From Alphaproteobacteria bacterium (GTDB lineage Bacteria > Pseudomonadota > Alphaproteobacteria > Micavibrionales > Micavibrionaceae): 64,000 bases of DNA. Below are positions 8,413-18,365 of this stretch, piece by piece. The notes beneath the pieces are model-generated. The model did no database searches. It saw nothing but the letters and a program-made list of their open reading frames with translations, and had not been told where the DNA came from. Position numbers and translations under genes: made by a program. The DNA lies in assembly GCA_030750865.1 (NCBI GenBank), contig JASMHE010000010.1, positions 86,534-150,533 on the forward strand. Direction: 5' to 3'. Positions within the stretch are counted from its first letter, which is position 1, and the number at the start of each line of letters is the position of its first letter.

Positions 8413-8482
8413 GCCTAAACCCTTTTAACCTTCTTGACTGGAAAAATGATATCGCCGGATCATAGACATTTCCTGCAAATGT

Positions 8483-9352
8483 TCAAGGCATAAAAGCAGA
8501 TTTTGCGTCGGCTTGTTCAGAGACAGTCAGCGCGATCTCGCTGTCTGCGTGTGCATAGAGGCCACGCACCCCTGTAATGGGTTTAAACGCATCCGTCACG
8601 CCGAGAACCGTTTCCGCGCCGCCCAGATAGAGCACGCCATCGGGCGCAAGACATTTGGACATACGCCCCAGAATGTCGCGTTTTGTGGCTTCGTCAAAAT
8701 AAATCAACACATTGCGGCAGAATATAATGTCAAACGTACCCAGCATCGTCATGGAGTCGAGCAAATTAAAATACCGGTAGCGCACCATTTTGCGGATATC
8801 ATTCTTAAGTTGCCATTTCTTGTCGGTTTGTTCGAAATATTTCATCAAGAGCTGGATGGGCAAGCCGCGCTGGACTTCAAATTGTGAATAAATCGCCGTG
8901 CGCGCTTGTTCCAGAATATCTTCGGAAATATCCGTGCCAAGAATATCTGTTTGGAAGACGCCGTGCTTTTCGGCTTCTTCTTTTAAGATCATGGATAGGG
9001 AGTAGGGCTCTTGCCCGCTGGAACAGGCCGCACACCATATCTTAAGGCGGCGTGTATTTTGGCGCTGTTGTGTTATGTATGGCAAAACGGCGTGTTTGAA
9101 CAGATTAAACGGGCGTGTATCGCGGAAGAAAGAGGTTTCGTTCGTTGTCATCGCCTCGACGATTTCTTTTACAAGCCTTTTATCAGGCGCGCCGCGCAGG
9201 GCAGCGGCCATTGCATCAAGATCCTCATGTCCCCAGCGGCGCGCGACGGGTGTTAAACGCGAGTCGAGCAGATAGGCTTTATCCGGTGTGATGATAATGC
9301 CGGACTCTGTCTTGAGTAAGTCTTTATAAATGTCAAAATCTGCGGTGAGCAT
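8483..9352 (-). CDS. cheR: Chemotaxis protein methyltransferase CheR
   Basis: 289 aa. It has the CheR N-terminal helical domain (TTNETSFFRD) and a SAM-binding fold (IWCAACSSGQEPYSLSM, FCRNVLIYFD). Confidence 0.9.
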   Translation of the reverse strand: MLTADFDIYKDLLKTESGIIITPDKAYLLDSRLTPVARRWGHEDLDAMAAALRGAPDKRLVKEIVEAMTTNETSFFRDTRPFNLFKHAVLPYITQQRQNTRRLKIWCAACSSGQEPYSLSMILKEEAEKHGVFQTDILGTDISEDILEQARTAIYSQFEVQRGLPIQLLMKYFEQTDKKWQLKNDIRKMVRYRYFNLLDSMTMLGTFDIIFCRNVLIYFDEATKRDILGRMSKCLAPDGVLYLGGAETVLGVTDAFKPITGVRGLYAHADSEIALTVSEQADAKSAFMP

Positions 9353-9410
9353 TGTATTGCAAAAACTCCTGTCGATATCGGTTGTCAGCTATGAGGCGTG
9401 CGGCGGCCAT

Positions 9411-9773
9411 TCAAAGCAATCCGATCTGTTCGAATTTGGACCGGATGATGTCACTGTCGAACGGTTTCATAATATATTCGTCCGCGCCTGCGGCGAGGGC
9501 TGCCTGTATATGATCTGTGTCATTTTCCGTTGTGCAGAAGATGACTTTCGGTTGTGTGGGTGTCGGGTGGGCGCGTAATTTGCACATGAACTCCATGCCG
9601 TTCATAACGGGCATGTTCCAGTCCAGCATAATGACGTCAGGCATCGTATTTTGACATGATTCGAATGCTTGTTGGCCGTCTGCGGCTTCGGCGCAGTCGA
9701 TGTCCATTTCTTCCAGAATGCGCCGGACAACTTTGCGGACAACACTGCTGTCATCAACGATAAGGCATAACAT
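9411..9773 (-). CDS. Single-domain CheY-like response regulator
   Basis: 120 aa. Receiver motifs are present: IVDDS, the phospho-acceptor context IMLDWNMPVMNG, and KPF near the C-terminus. There is no output domain. Confidence 0.9.
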   Translation of the reverse strand: MLCLIVDDSSVVRKVVRRILEEMDIDCAEAADGQQAFESCQNTMPDVIMLDWNMPVMNGMEFMCKLRAHPTPTQPKVIFCTTENDTDHIQAALAAGADEYIMKPFDSDIIRSKFEQIGLL

Positions 9774-9869
9774 AGAGGCGTAATCCTTTTACAGGTGAGT
9801 GTGTTTTCTTACCCGTTAGGATTTCGTATCTCTGCCAAGAAGTAAATAGCGTGTCAGGCGCAAAAAAGG

Positions 9870-10505
9870 TTAGGCGAGCGAGATTTCAAAGGAAACGTGC
9901 GTGTCCTGTTCATCATGCAGTGCGATCTGATAACCGCATTCTTTTGCCAAGACCGCAGAAACGTAGGGATGCACAAGACGCGCATCCAGATCGCCAACAG
10001 GCAATAAAAGCTGGAGACATTCGTCAACATAGTCGCGAATTTTTACACGTTCGCCGGAAGCGGTGACAATCGTATTCTCATTATCGCCTGACGTGACGGT
10101 GATTGCACCACCTTTGGGCAGGCATTCCTGCGCCAGCATCAGTGTTGCCGTTAGAACTTTACAAAAACCGTCAGGGCCGTCATTCAGGCCGAGGTCGGCA
10201 TGCGGGTCCCAGTTTTGCGTGACTTTGCTGTCAACACTGAGGAGTTTGTCAAAGGCCGCGTGGACATCTTCGGGTTTGATGCTGGCATCTTTGCCGCCTT
10301 GCCCGTAAACCAGACGAAAAACCTGTAATCGCGCTGCTGCTGTTTTGGCGCTGTGTCCGATCAGGCCAAATGCTTCTTCCGCGCCATCATCCATGCCCAT
10401 TTCTTCGGCAAACTCGATACCGTTCTGAATCGCGCCGACGGGGCTGACCAGATCGTGACAGATGCGGGATGCCATTAATTCCAGTAAAAGCGGGCTGAAT
10501 GTCAT
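9870..10505 (-). CDS. chpT: Histidine phosphotransferase ChpT
   Basis: 211 aa. The N-terminus LLELMASRICHDLVSPVGAIQNGIEF is HisKA-like with the phosphorylatable His. The C-terminal half is a degenerate ATPase-like fold without G-boxes. Both features are typical of alphaproteobacterial ChpT. Confidence 0.8.
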   Translation of the reverse strand: MTFSPLLLELMASRICHDLVSPVGAIQNGIEFAEEMGMDDGAEEAFGLIGHSAKTAAARLQVFRLVYGQGGKDASIKPEDVHAAFDKLLSVDSKVTQNWDPHADLGLNDGPDGFCKVLTATLMLAQECLPKGGAITVTSGDNENTIVTASGERVKIRDYVDECLQLLLPVGDLDARLVHPYVSAVLAKECGYQIALHDEQDTHVSFEISLA

Positions 10506-10598
10506 AAGAAGGTCTCCTGAATGGTTGTTTATGTGATGTTATTGATGTGGTGCTATCGCGGTTGAAGTAAATGTCCGGCGTCCGGCGGTGAAGAAGCC

Positions 10599-12011
10599 TT
10601 AGCCGAAATCAATCTGATATCCGATTTTCCTGACTTCATCGTGAAGCATTTTTTTGATTTCTTCAAGTGATTCAGGGCTGTCGGCTTCGGCGCGCGCGAC
10701 CAATACATTCTGTGTGTTGGACGGGCGCAAAACCCACCAGCCGAAATCGGTTGTGGCGCGAATGCCGTCAATATCGTTGATTTTAATTTGATGGGCCGTT
10801 TCGCCACTTTCGATGGCGGTTTTGATATTATCGGCAATGCGGGTTGCCAGATCGAACTTTTCACGCTCATCGACTTCAAAACGGATTTCTTCGGTGCTGA
10901 ATGTTTCCGGGATGTGTGCCAGAAGTTCAGAGGCTTTGCCATCTGATTCCTCCAGTGCGTTCAATAGGCGTATCGCGCTATAGATGCCATCATCAAAGCC
11001 GTACCATTTATCGGCAAAGAAGATATGGCCGCTGAGTTCACCGGCAAGCGGGGCTTTTGTTTCGTGCATTTTTGCTTTAATCAGGGAATGGCCCGTTTTC
11101 CACATCACAGAATCGCCGCCGAGGCGCGTAATTTCATTGAATAAGGCCTGCGAACATTTGACATCGGCGATGATCGGCGCATTCGGATGTTCTTCCAGCA
11201 CTTCTTTCGCGTAAACGGCTAACAGCAAATCGCTGCTCAGGACATTGCCTTTTTCATCAACGGCGCCAATACGGTCGCCGTCGCCATCGAACGCCACGCC
11301 GAGATCACATTTTTCGTTTTTGACGGTTTCGATTAGGTCCGCCAGATTCTTTTTGACGGTCGGATCGGGATGGTGGTTCGGGAATGTACCGTCAATATCG
11401 TCATAAAGCAGGATATGTTCGCCCGGTAATTCTGCCGTCAGCATCCGCACGATTTCGCCTGCCGCGCCGTTACCGCAATCCCACGCGACTTTGTAGTCTC
11501 GGGAAACGGATAAATCACGCAGGATTCTGTTGACGTAGGTTTGTTTGACATCAATATCGCGCACGCTACCCGGTTTATCGGGAACGTTATAATCGCCGGT
11601 TTCGGCAATCTGGCCGATGACCTGAATGGTCTGGCCATAAATGATTTTGTTCTGCATCATCATCTTAAAACCGTTATAGGCGGGCGGGTTGTGCGATCCT
11701 GTAATCATGATGCCGCCGTCCGCCATGCGGTCTTTGACCGCAAAATACAGCATGGGTGTCGGGCCGAGGCCGATATTTTCGACATCAATGCCGACATCGG
11801 TTAAGCCGCGTGCGAGAGATTGCGCTAATTTTGGTGAGCTGTCACGCCCGTCATAGCCGATACAGACTTTTGTGCCGCCGTCATTAAAGACAAATGTGCC
11901 GAACGCACAGCCCAGTGCATAGGCGTCATCTTCGGTCAGATCAATGCCGACATGGCCGCGTATGTCGTATTCACGAAGAATCGTCGGTGAAAATGTATAA
12001 GGTTCTGTCAT
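10599..12011 (-). CDS. Phosphomannomutase / phosphoglucomutase
   Basis: 470 aa. The active-site loop is TGSHNPPAYNGFK, the metal loop is FDGDGDR, and GELSGH is also present. Confidence 0.93.
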   Translation of the reverse strand: MTEPYTFSPTILREYDIRGHVGIDLTEDDAYALGCAFGTFVFNDGGTKVCIGYDGRDSSPKLAQSLARGLTDVGIDVENIGLGPTPMLYFAVKDRMADGGIMITGSHNPPAYNGFKMMMQNKIIYGQTIQVIGQIAETGDYNVPDKPGSVRDIDVKQTYVNRILRDLSVSRDYKVAWDCGNGAAGEIVRMLTAELPGEHILLYDDIDGTFPNHHPDPTVKKNLADLIETVKNEKCDLGVAFDGDGDRIGAVDEKGNVLSSDLLLAVYAKEVLEEHPNAPIIADVKCSQALFNEITRLGGDSVMWKTGHSLIKAKMHETKAPLAGELSGHIFFADKWYGFDDGIYSAIRLLNALEESDGKASELLAHIPETFSTEEIRFEVDEREKFDLATRIADNIKTAIESGETAHQIKINDIDGIRATTDFGWWVLRPSNTQNVLVARAEADSPESLEEIKKMLHDEVRKIGYQIDFG

Positions 12012-12037
12012 GTTGCAAATATATATGTGTTTGTGTG

Positions 12038-12922
12038 TTACAAAATAGATTCGATATAGGATTTGATATCGTCACGCAGGGACGGGTCCTTTAACGCATA
12101 GGTGATGTTGGCTTTGATAAAACCGTTACGGCCGCCGCAATCAAAATGGTCGCCTTCAAAACGCAGGCCGTGGAACGGCTGGTTGCCGATCAGCTTTGCC
12201 ATCGAGTCGGTCAGCTGTATTTCACCGCCCGTTCCTTTTTCAAAAGCGCTGAGATAGTTGAAAACTTCCGGTTGCAGGATATAACGCCCGATCACGCACA
12301 GTGTTGACGGGGCTTTGTCGATGTCCGGCTTTTCAACCAGTCCTTGAATATCAACGGTTTTGCCGTTATCCGATGCCGGATCGATAATACCGTATTTATA
12401 TGTTTCTTCACGCGGGACATCTTTTACAGCGACAATATTGCCGCCATGTTCATTATAGGCATCCATCATCTGTGTAAGACAGCCACGTTCCCAGTGAATG
12501 ACATCATCGGGCAGAATAATGGCAAATGGCTCATCACCGATCAGCTTCTTGGCGCACCAGATGGCGTGGCCGAGGCCCAGCGGGTTCGCCTGACGTGTGC
12601 AAAAAAGCTGCGCTTCCGACATTTCGCTGGTTTTGACTTTGTCGATCATGTCGTCTTTGCCGCGCTGTTCCAGTGTGCGCATCAATTCGGGCTGATGGTC
12701 GAAATGTTCTTCGATCATTTCTTTTTGGCGCCCTGTCACGAAAACAAATTCTTCGATTCCGGCTTCACGGGCTTCTTCGAACGCGTGCTGGATGAGCGGA
12801 CGATCATTCAGCGGCAGCATTTCTTTTGGCATGACCTTCGTGGCAGGAAGAAAGCGCGTGCCCAATCCGGCAATCGGGAAGACCGCTTTGCGCACTGGCT
12901 TGAAAGATGACGTGTTCTGCAT
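12038..12922 (-). CDS. galU: UTP--glucose-1-phosphate uridylyltransferase
   Basis: 294 aa. The N-terminus is KAVFPIAGLGTRFLPATKVMPKEMLP and VEKP is present. The architecture is GalU-like throughout. Confidence 0.93.
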   Translation of the reverse strand: MQNTSSFKPVRKAVFPIAGLGTRFLPATKVMPKEMLPLNDRPLIQHAFEEAREAGIEEFVFVTGRQKEMIEEHFDHQPELMRTLEQRGKDDMIDKVKTSEMSEAQLFCTRQANPLGLGHAIWCAKKLIGDEPFAIILPDDVIHWERGCLTQMMDAYNEHGGNIVAVKDVPREETYKYGIIDPASDNGKTVDIQGLVEKPDIDKAPSTLCVIGRYILQPEVFNYLSAFEKGTGGEIQLTDSMAKLIGNQPFHGLRFEGDHFDCGGRNGFIKANITYALKDPSLRDDIKSYIESIL

Positions 12923-12956
12923 AAAAATACTTTACTTTATTCGCGTTGTGGCAATC

Positions 12957-13718
12957 CTATTCCCTGTTTTCGTCCTTTTCAAGGGACAATAGGGTTTTGC
13001 GCTCTATTTCTTTGATGTTTTCTGTCATTTTTGCGCTGTACTGGTCTGATAATATTGCGGAATTCCACTTTGTTGTGCTGCGCATAACACGCTGGAACGG
13101 ATAAAGGTCGTTTTCATCAATCGGGCTATGTGCGCGCACGACAGCGGGCATAAAGCGGAAATCCCACCATTCTTGCGGCAAAGGCAGGATGTCCAGATCG
13201 CAGCGGCGTGCGGCGTCGCACATCGCGTTCTGCAATTGTGTGCGGTTTTGTATGACCTCGTGCGGTAAATCTGTGAAGTTGCGGGCGGCCGGATTATGAC
13301 GGTCGGGATCGGGCGCGAAATAATCAAACGGCGTGCCCATATCAACGGTATGCCCGTTGTGGTCTAGCGGTACGATATCAATAGCCATGCCGCGCGGATG
13401 ACCGCCTTGTCCGGGGGCGGATAATAGTGACGGATGCACGTTGAAGTCCTGCATCTTGCGCTGGGCATCGACCGGACGGTAACAATCCTTGAGGCTCAGC
13501 ATCCATCCATATGCGCGATGGCAAAGATGGGCTGCGATTAATGTGATTTGCAGAATATCCTTATGTCCCCACATGATATCCGTGCCGGCGGGATAAAGCT
13601 GCCCGAACAAGTTATGCGGGTGGTCCGGCTTGGCGTAAACGATGTCGATTTCAATAGGGTGGTGATCGGCAAATGCATTGAACGGTAACAGATTATCCGG
13701 CGATACGGTATGTGTCAT
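12957..13718 (-). CDS. M15-family D-alanyl-D-alanine dipeptidase-like protein (VanX/DdpX-like) with an altered second metal motif
   Basis: 253 aa. It contains CYRP, then H-x6-D (GGHPRGMAID, H107/D114), then DMGTPFDYF, then EWWDF where the family normally has E-W-W-H. The D codon is read directly at 13161-13163. Confidence 0.75.
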   Translation of the reverse strand: MTHTVSPDNLLPFNAFADHHPIEIDIVYAKPDHPHNLFGQLYPAGTDIMWGHKDILQITLIAAHLCHRAYGWMLSLKDCYRPVDAQRKMQDFNVHPSLLSAPGQGGHPRGMAIDIVPLDHNGHTVDMGTPFDYFAPDPDRHNPAARNFTDLPHEVIQNRTQLQNAMCDAARRCDLDILPLPQEWWDFRFMPAVVRAHSPIDENDLYPFQRVMRSTTKWNSAILSDQYSAKMTENIKEIERKTLLSLEKDENRE

Positions 13719-13738
13719 AATGTTATTTCAGCAATATG

Positions 13739-14185
13739 TTATTTCAGCAATTTATCGCGTGCTTCGTTCAGTTTTGCGGCCATCCATTCCGATCCGTCCT
13801 GATCGGGGTGTATTTTCTTGATCAATTTCTTATGGGCGGCCTTGATATCATCGGTCGTGGCTTTTTCATCCAGCCCCAGAATTTCAAGGGCTTCTTCGCG
13901 GCTGATCTTGGTGCCGGATTGTGGGGCGGCGCTTCCCGGCTTTTTTTGTCTGTTTTTCTTTGAAAATGGTGACGCCTGATAAAAGAAAGGCAATACAGCG
14001 ACCAGCAGCCCGATTGCCGCCGGAAGTTTGCCTGTGATAGCGAGGTAAAACACGCCGACCAGAAACGCAATGAAAAAGCCGGTCAGGAACAGGCTTTTGA
14101 TCTGGCTGACCGAGGCACTCAGGAAAAAACGGTATAGACCGATGACGGCAAAGAGTAATCCCAATCCTAATAGAAAATAATGCAT
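13739..14185 (-). CDS. Membrane-anchored J-domain protein
   Basis: 148 aa. Two or three N-terminal TM helices are followed by a C-terminal J domain, EEALEILGLDEKATTDDIKAAHKKLIKKIHPDQ, with the HPD motif. Confidence 0.8.
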   Translation of the reverse strand: MHYFLLGLGLLFAVIGLYRFFLSASVSQIKSLFLTGFFIAFLVGVFYLAITGKLPAAIGLLVAVLPFFYQASPFSKKNRQKKPGSAAPQSGTKISREEALEILGLDEKATTDDIKAAHKKLIKKIHPDQDGSEWMAAKLNEARDKLLK

Positions 14186-14322
14186 ATCTGACCTTTGTTA
14201 TTACCGTTGTCTTATTCTGATCTGTTTTTGACCTAATCCGGCGTCACGGAATTTTTGCGTGACTTCGGGTGTGATCTTGTCGCATATTATTGTCACACAC
14301 GATAAATCATACGGGGAACATT

Positions 14323-16209
14323 ATGGCAGAAAAACAGCCTGAACACAGCAGCGAAAACAGAAATAAAACGGATTTTGCGCAAAAGTTGCAGGATTTGCGG
14401 CAGATGATGCGCAAAAAGAAGATTGATGCCTATCTGATTCCCAAAGAAGACGAATGGCAGGGCGAGTATTTGCCGGCACGGGCGGAACGGCTGGTCTGGA
14501 TGAGCGGCTTTACGGGGTCTGACGGGACAGGCATTGTGACGCAGGATAAAGCCTGTGTCTTTACCGATGGCCGTTATGAAACGCAAGTGCGTGATGAGCT
14601 GGCCGGTACGCCGTATGACCCACAAGACCGCAAGCCGGGTGAATACGGCCCTGAAGACTGGCTTGTTGCCAATCTGGCTGATGGTGATGTTGTCGGATAT
14701 GACCCGCGTCTTTATACCGTATCTGGTGTGGCTGCACTGAAAGCAAAGCTGGAAGGGCCAGGCAAGCATATTACATTAAAGCCCGTAAAACAGAATCTGG
14801 TGGATGCGATCTGGACGGACCAGCCCGCCTTTCCACGTGAAGCCGTGCGTAAATATCCGCATAAAATGGCAGGCAGAAATTCCCTGACCAAACGCAAAGA
14901 GATTGCAAAAACAATTGCGGCGGCAGGCGCGGATTCGTTTTTCATCGCCGCGCCGGATTCCATTGCGTGGCTGTTGAATATTCGGGGCAATGATGTGCCG
15001 ATGACACCGTTTGCGCTGTCGTTCGCCGTATTGCATGCTGATGCGTCTGTGGATTGGTTCGTGCAGGATGGTCATCTGGATGACACAAATAAAAGCGCAA
15101 TCGAAAAACATATCGGTACAGGTTTGCGCGTTCATGCCATTGATGGTCTGGATAAATTCTTGAAAACGCAAAAGAAGAAGGCCGTTTTTCTGGATCGCAG
15201 AATTACGCCGCAACATTATCTGGATGTATTGACGAAGGCCAAAGCCAAGCCGGTGTACGGGACCGAGCCCTGCCAAACGGCAAAAGCCGTGAAAACAAAG
15301 GCCGAGCAGGAGTCGATTAAAGCCGTGCATGTGCAGGATGGTGTGGCCGTGACGAAATTCCTGAAATGGGTGGATGATAACGCGCCAAAAGGCAAGTTGA
15401 CCGAAATTGATGTTGAAAACAAACTGCGTTCATACCGTCAGGACGGCAAAGATTACGAGCAGGACAGCTTCGGCACGATTGCGGGCTGGGCCGGAAACGG
15501 GGCGGTGATCCATTATCACGCCACACCGGACAAACATAAGAAGATCAAAGGCAAAGGGCTGTTGCTGGTGGATAGCGGCGGCCAGTACAAAGGCGGTACA
15601 ACCGACATCACGCGCACAATGGCCGTCGGTAAACCGACAAAGGCCATGTGCGAGAATTTTACGCGCGTGCTGAAGGGGCATATCCGTATTGCGAATTTAC
15701 GTTTTCCGGAAGGAACGCAATCCGGCCAGATTGATGTGCTGGCCCGTGCGGCATTATGGCAGGATGATCTGGATTACAAGCATGGCACAGGGCACGGCGT
15801 TGGCTGTAATCTGTCTGTGCATGAGGGCGGGGCAGGGATTGCATCGTCTTTGTCTTATATTTTCAAGGCCGGCATGTTGGTATCGAACGAGCCGGGCTAT
15901 TACGAAAAAGACAAATACGGCATCCGTATCGAAAATCTGATTATGGTTGAAGATGATGGCCGGAATAAAACAACAGACCGCGTAATGTTGCGTTTTAATA
16001 CGGTTTCACTTGCGCCGCTTGATCGCCGCTTGATCGTGGCTGATATGTTGTCTGATGATGAAGTCGCGTGGCTGAATGAATATCACAGCCGTGTGTATCA
16101 GGAAATTGCGCCGCATCTGGATCAGGATGAAAAGGCATGGCTGCGTGCGGCGACACAGCCGATTACGCGTGGCGCACAGACCCCGGCGGCAAAGCCATCT
16201 GTGTCATGA
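14323..16209 (+). CDS. pepP: Xaa-Pro aminopeptidase (M24B, aminopeptidase P family)
   Basis: It has a creatinase/prolidase N-terminal domain plus a pita-bread domain (VDSGGQY, HGTGHGVG, SNEPGYY, IRIEN). I prefer the ATG at 14323 (GGGGA 8 nt upstream) over the TTG at 14290 used by the ORF track. Confidence 0.9.
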   Translation: MAEKQPEHSSENRNKTDFAQKLQDLRQMMRKKKIDAYLIPKEDEWQGEYLPARAERLVWMSGFTGSDGTGIVTQDKACVFTDGRYETQVRDELAGTPYDPQDRKPGEYGPEDWLVANLADGDVVGYDPRLYTVSGVAALKAKLEGPGKHITLKPVKQNLVDAIWTDQPAFPREAVRKYPHKMAGRNSLTKRKEIAKTIAAAGADSFFIAAPDSIAWLLNIRGNDVPMTPFALSFAVLHADASVDWFVQDGHLDDTNKSAIEKHIGTGLRVHAIDGLDKFLKTQKKKAVFLDRRITPQHYLDVLTKAKAKPVYGTEPCQTAKAVKTKAEQESIKAVHVQDGVAVTKFLKWVDDNAPKGKLTEIDVENKLRSYRQDGKDYEQDSFGTIAGWAGNGAVIHYHATPDKHKKIKGKGLLLVDSGGQYKGGTTDITRTMAVGKPTKAMCENFTRVLKGHIRIANLRFPEGTQSGQIDVLARAALWQDDLDYKHGTGHGVGCNLSVHEGGAGIASSLSYIFKAGMLVSNEPGYYEKDKYGIRIENLIMVEDDGRNKTTDRVMLRFNTVSLAPLDRRLIVADMLSDDEVAWLNEYHSRVYQEIAPHLDQDEKAWLRAATQPITRGAQTPAAKPSVS

Positions 16210-16242
16210 CGTTGGCTATATGGATCCATAAACAAGACAAAT

Positions 16243-16276
16243 AAAAAAGGTTTCAGAAATGCTGAAACCTTTTTTT
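16243..16276. terminator. Bidirectional rho-independent terminator (pepP / rpsU convergent pair)
   Basis: AAAAAAGGTTTCAG (16243-16256), loop AAATG, CTGAAACCTTTTTT (16262-16275). A/T runs flank it on both sides. Confidence 0.75.
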
Positions 16277-16296
16277 AATTCATATATCGGGAGAAA

Positions 16297-16497
16297 TTAA
16301 TCTCTCTCGCGACGCTTGCGTTCAAGCTTGCGCCAGCGACGTACTGATTCCGACTTCTCGCGTTTCTTCTTCTCAGAAGGTTTCTCGAAGTCACGACGCA
16401 GTTTCATCTCGCGGAAAATTCCTTCGCGTTGCATCTTCTTTTTCAAAGCACGCAAGGCCTGCTCGACGTTATTGTCACGTACGTTTACGCTTACCAT
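16297..16497 (-). CDS. rpsU: 30S ribosomal protein S21
   Basis: [48 protein letters not shown]... The start at 16497 is preceded by GAGGTGA. The ORF-track start at 16515 is less likely. Confidence 0.95.
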   Translation of the reverse strand: MVSVNVRDNNVEQALRALKKKMQREGIFREMKLRRDFEKPSEKKKREKSESVRRWRKLERKRRERD

Positions 16498-16604
16498 TAT
16501 ATCACCTCTTTCCAATTCTAGATTTTCGGTAAGCCCGAAAGTGAGCCATTTCTATACGCTTCCGCGCAGAAATGCAAGCTCTAAAAGACTGTTCTGTGGG
16601 TATA

Positions 16605-18242
16605 TTATACCGCTTTAAGGTTTAAAGCCGCGTTAAGAAGGCGTTTTGTATAGGATTCCTGCGGGGAATCAAAGATTGCAGTGGCTGCGCCTTGTTCGAC
16701 AATTTTGCCATCTTTCATCACAATCAGGTCGTGCGCCATTGCTTTGACCACGCGTAAATCATGGCTGATGAACATATAAGACAGGCTGTATTTTTCCTGC
16801 AAGCCGCGCAGCAGGTCAACGATTTGCGCCTGTACGGATAAATCGAGCGCAGAGGTCGGCTCATCCAGTACAACAAATTCCGGTGCCAGAACCATTGCGC
16901 GCGCAATAGAGACACGTTGGCGCTGTCCGCCGGAAAATTCATGCGGGTAACGTTGGCGCGTGTCGGGATCAAGTGCCACATCACGCATGGACTGCACGAT
17001 GCGGTCTTCGCGTTCGGATTTGCTGATATCCTTGAAATGCACTTCCAGTCCTTCGCCGATGATATTTTCAATCGGCAGGCGCGGTGACAGAGAGCTGAAC
17101 GGGTCCTGAAATACGATTTGCAGTTTGTCCCGTAATGGCCGGAATGCTTTGCGGCCGATATTGCTGATGGTTTCATCGTGAAAGCGCACCGACCCGTCAT
17201 AAATTTGTTGCAGGCCAAGCAATCCGTATCCCAGCGTTGACTTGCCGGAGCCTGATTCCCCGACCACGCCGAGTGTTTGCCCTTTGCGGCATGTCAGGCT
17301 GATATCGTCAACGGCTTTGACCCATGCTGTCGGTTTGCCGAAGAAATTCTTTTGTTTCGGGAACCATATTTTCAGATTATCGGCCTGTATAATGGGGGCG
17401 TTACTGTCGTTGGCGGCAATGGCTTCGCCCTTTGGTTGGGCGCTGAGTAACATTTTTGTGTAGGGATGTTCCGGTGCTTTGAAAAGCGTTTTGCAGTCTT
17501 TCTTTTCAACCAGTTCACCATGTTGCATGACGCAAACGGTATCTGCCATTTTTTCGACGATGCTCAGATCATGTGTAATCAGCAGCAGTGACATGCCGAG
17601 CTTTTCCTTCAGGTCTTGCAGAAGAGAAAGAATTTGTGCCTGCACAGTCACATCCAGTGCCGTTGTCGGTTCGTCGGCAATTAGCAATTCGGGATCATTG
17701 GCAAGGGCCATCGCGATCATAACGCGCTGGCGCTGGCCGCCGGATAATTCAAACGGATAGGCATCAAGTCTGTCTGTCAAATTTTCAAGGCCGACAAGGG
17801 TCAGCAGTTCGATAACGCGGGCTTTGACCTCTTTGGGGGATTTCAGTTGATGCAGACGAATGACTTCGCCGATTTGCTTCTCTATGGAATGAAGCGGGTT
17901 CAGGCTGGTCATCGGTTCTTGAAAAATCATGCCGATCTGTTTGCCGCGAATGGCACGCATATTTTTATCGCTGAGTTGCATCAGATCATGCTCTGCGCCT
18001 TTGTCATCTCGATAGAAGATATGCGCATTACCGGGGTGTGATGCACGCGGATAGGGCAGCAATTTCATGATGGAAAGGGCTGTCACGGATTTGCCCGAAC
18101 CGGATTCGCCGACCAGTGCGACCGTGTCACCCTTTTGAATGTCAAAAGAGACATCCTTGACGGCGTGCACGGTGCTGTCATGTGTTTTAAAATCCACAGA
18201 CAGATTTTGTATTGATAAGAGTCGCGAATCAGTCATAACCAT
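16605..18242 (-). CDS. yejF: Peptide/microcin-type ABC transporter, fused double ATPase (YejF-like)
   Basis: 545 aa with two ABC cassettes. Walker A is GESGSGKS twice, the signature is LSGGQRQR and FSGGQRQR, and Walker B is LLIADEPT and FVVLDEPT. Confidence 0.85.
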   Translation of the reverse strand: MVMTDSRLLSIQNLSVDFKTHDSTVHAVKDVSFDIQKGDTVALVGESGSGKSVTALSIMKLLPYPRASHPGNAHIFYRDDKGAEHDLMQLSDKNMRAIRGKQIGMIFQEPMTSLNPLHSIEKQIGEVIRLHQLKSPKEVKARVIELLTLVGLENLTDRLDAYPFELSGGQRQRVMIAMALANDPELLIADEPTTALDVTVQAQILSLLQDLKEKLGMSLLLITHDLSIVEKMADTVCVMQHGELVEKKDCKTLFKAPEHPYTKMLLSAQPKGEAIAANDSNAPIIQADNLKIWFPKQKNFFGKPTAWVKAVDDISLTCRKGQTLGVVGESGSGKSTLGYGLLGLQQIYDGSVRFHDETISNIGRKAFRPLRDKLQIVFQDPFSSLSPRLPIENIIGEGLEVHFKDISKSEREDRIVQSMRDVALDPDTRQRYPHEFSGGQRQRVSIARAMVLAPEFVVLDEPTSALDLSVQAQIVDLLRGLQEKYSLSYMFISHDLRVVKAMAHDLIVMKDGKIVEQGAATAIFDSPQESYTKRLLNAALNLKAV

Positions 18243-18365
18243 ATTAAAAACTACATCAAACTATCTTGCAACGGCTTAAGTCTCCCTCTATATGATGTGT
18301 ACAAGGTTTTTATAGAAGGGTTGGCCCTGCATAAAACGAAAACAAGGTTGCGGAAAGGAAGAGCA

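Noticed and set aside
10553-10942. 129-aa minus-strand ORF overlapping the 3' end of the PMM/PGM gene in another frame
   Set aside because: It is fully contained within, or overlapping, a confidently assigned gene. It has a basic, Ser/Pro/Lys-rich composition and no motif.
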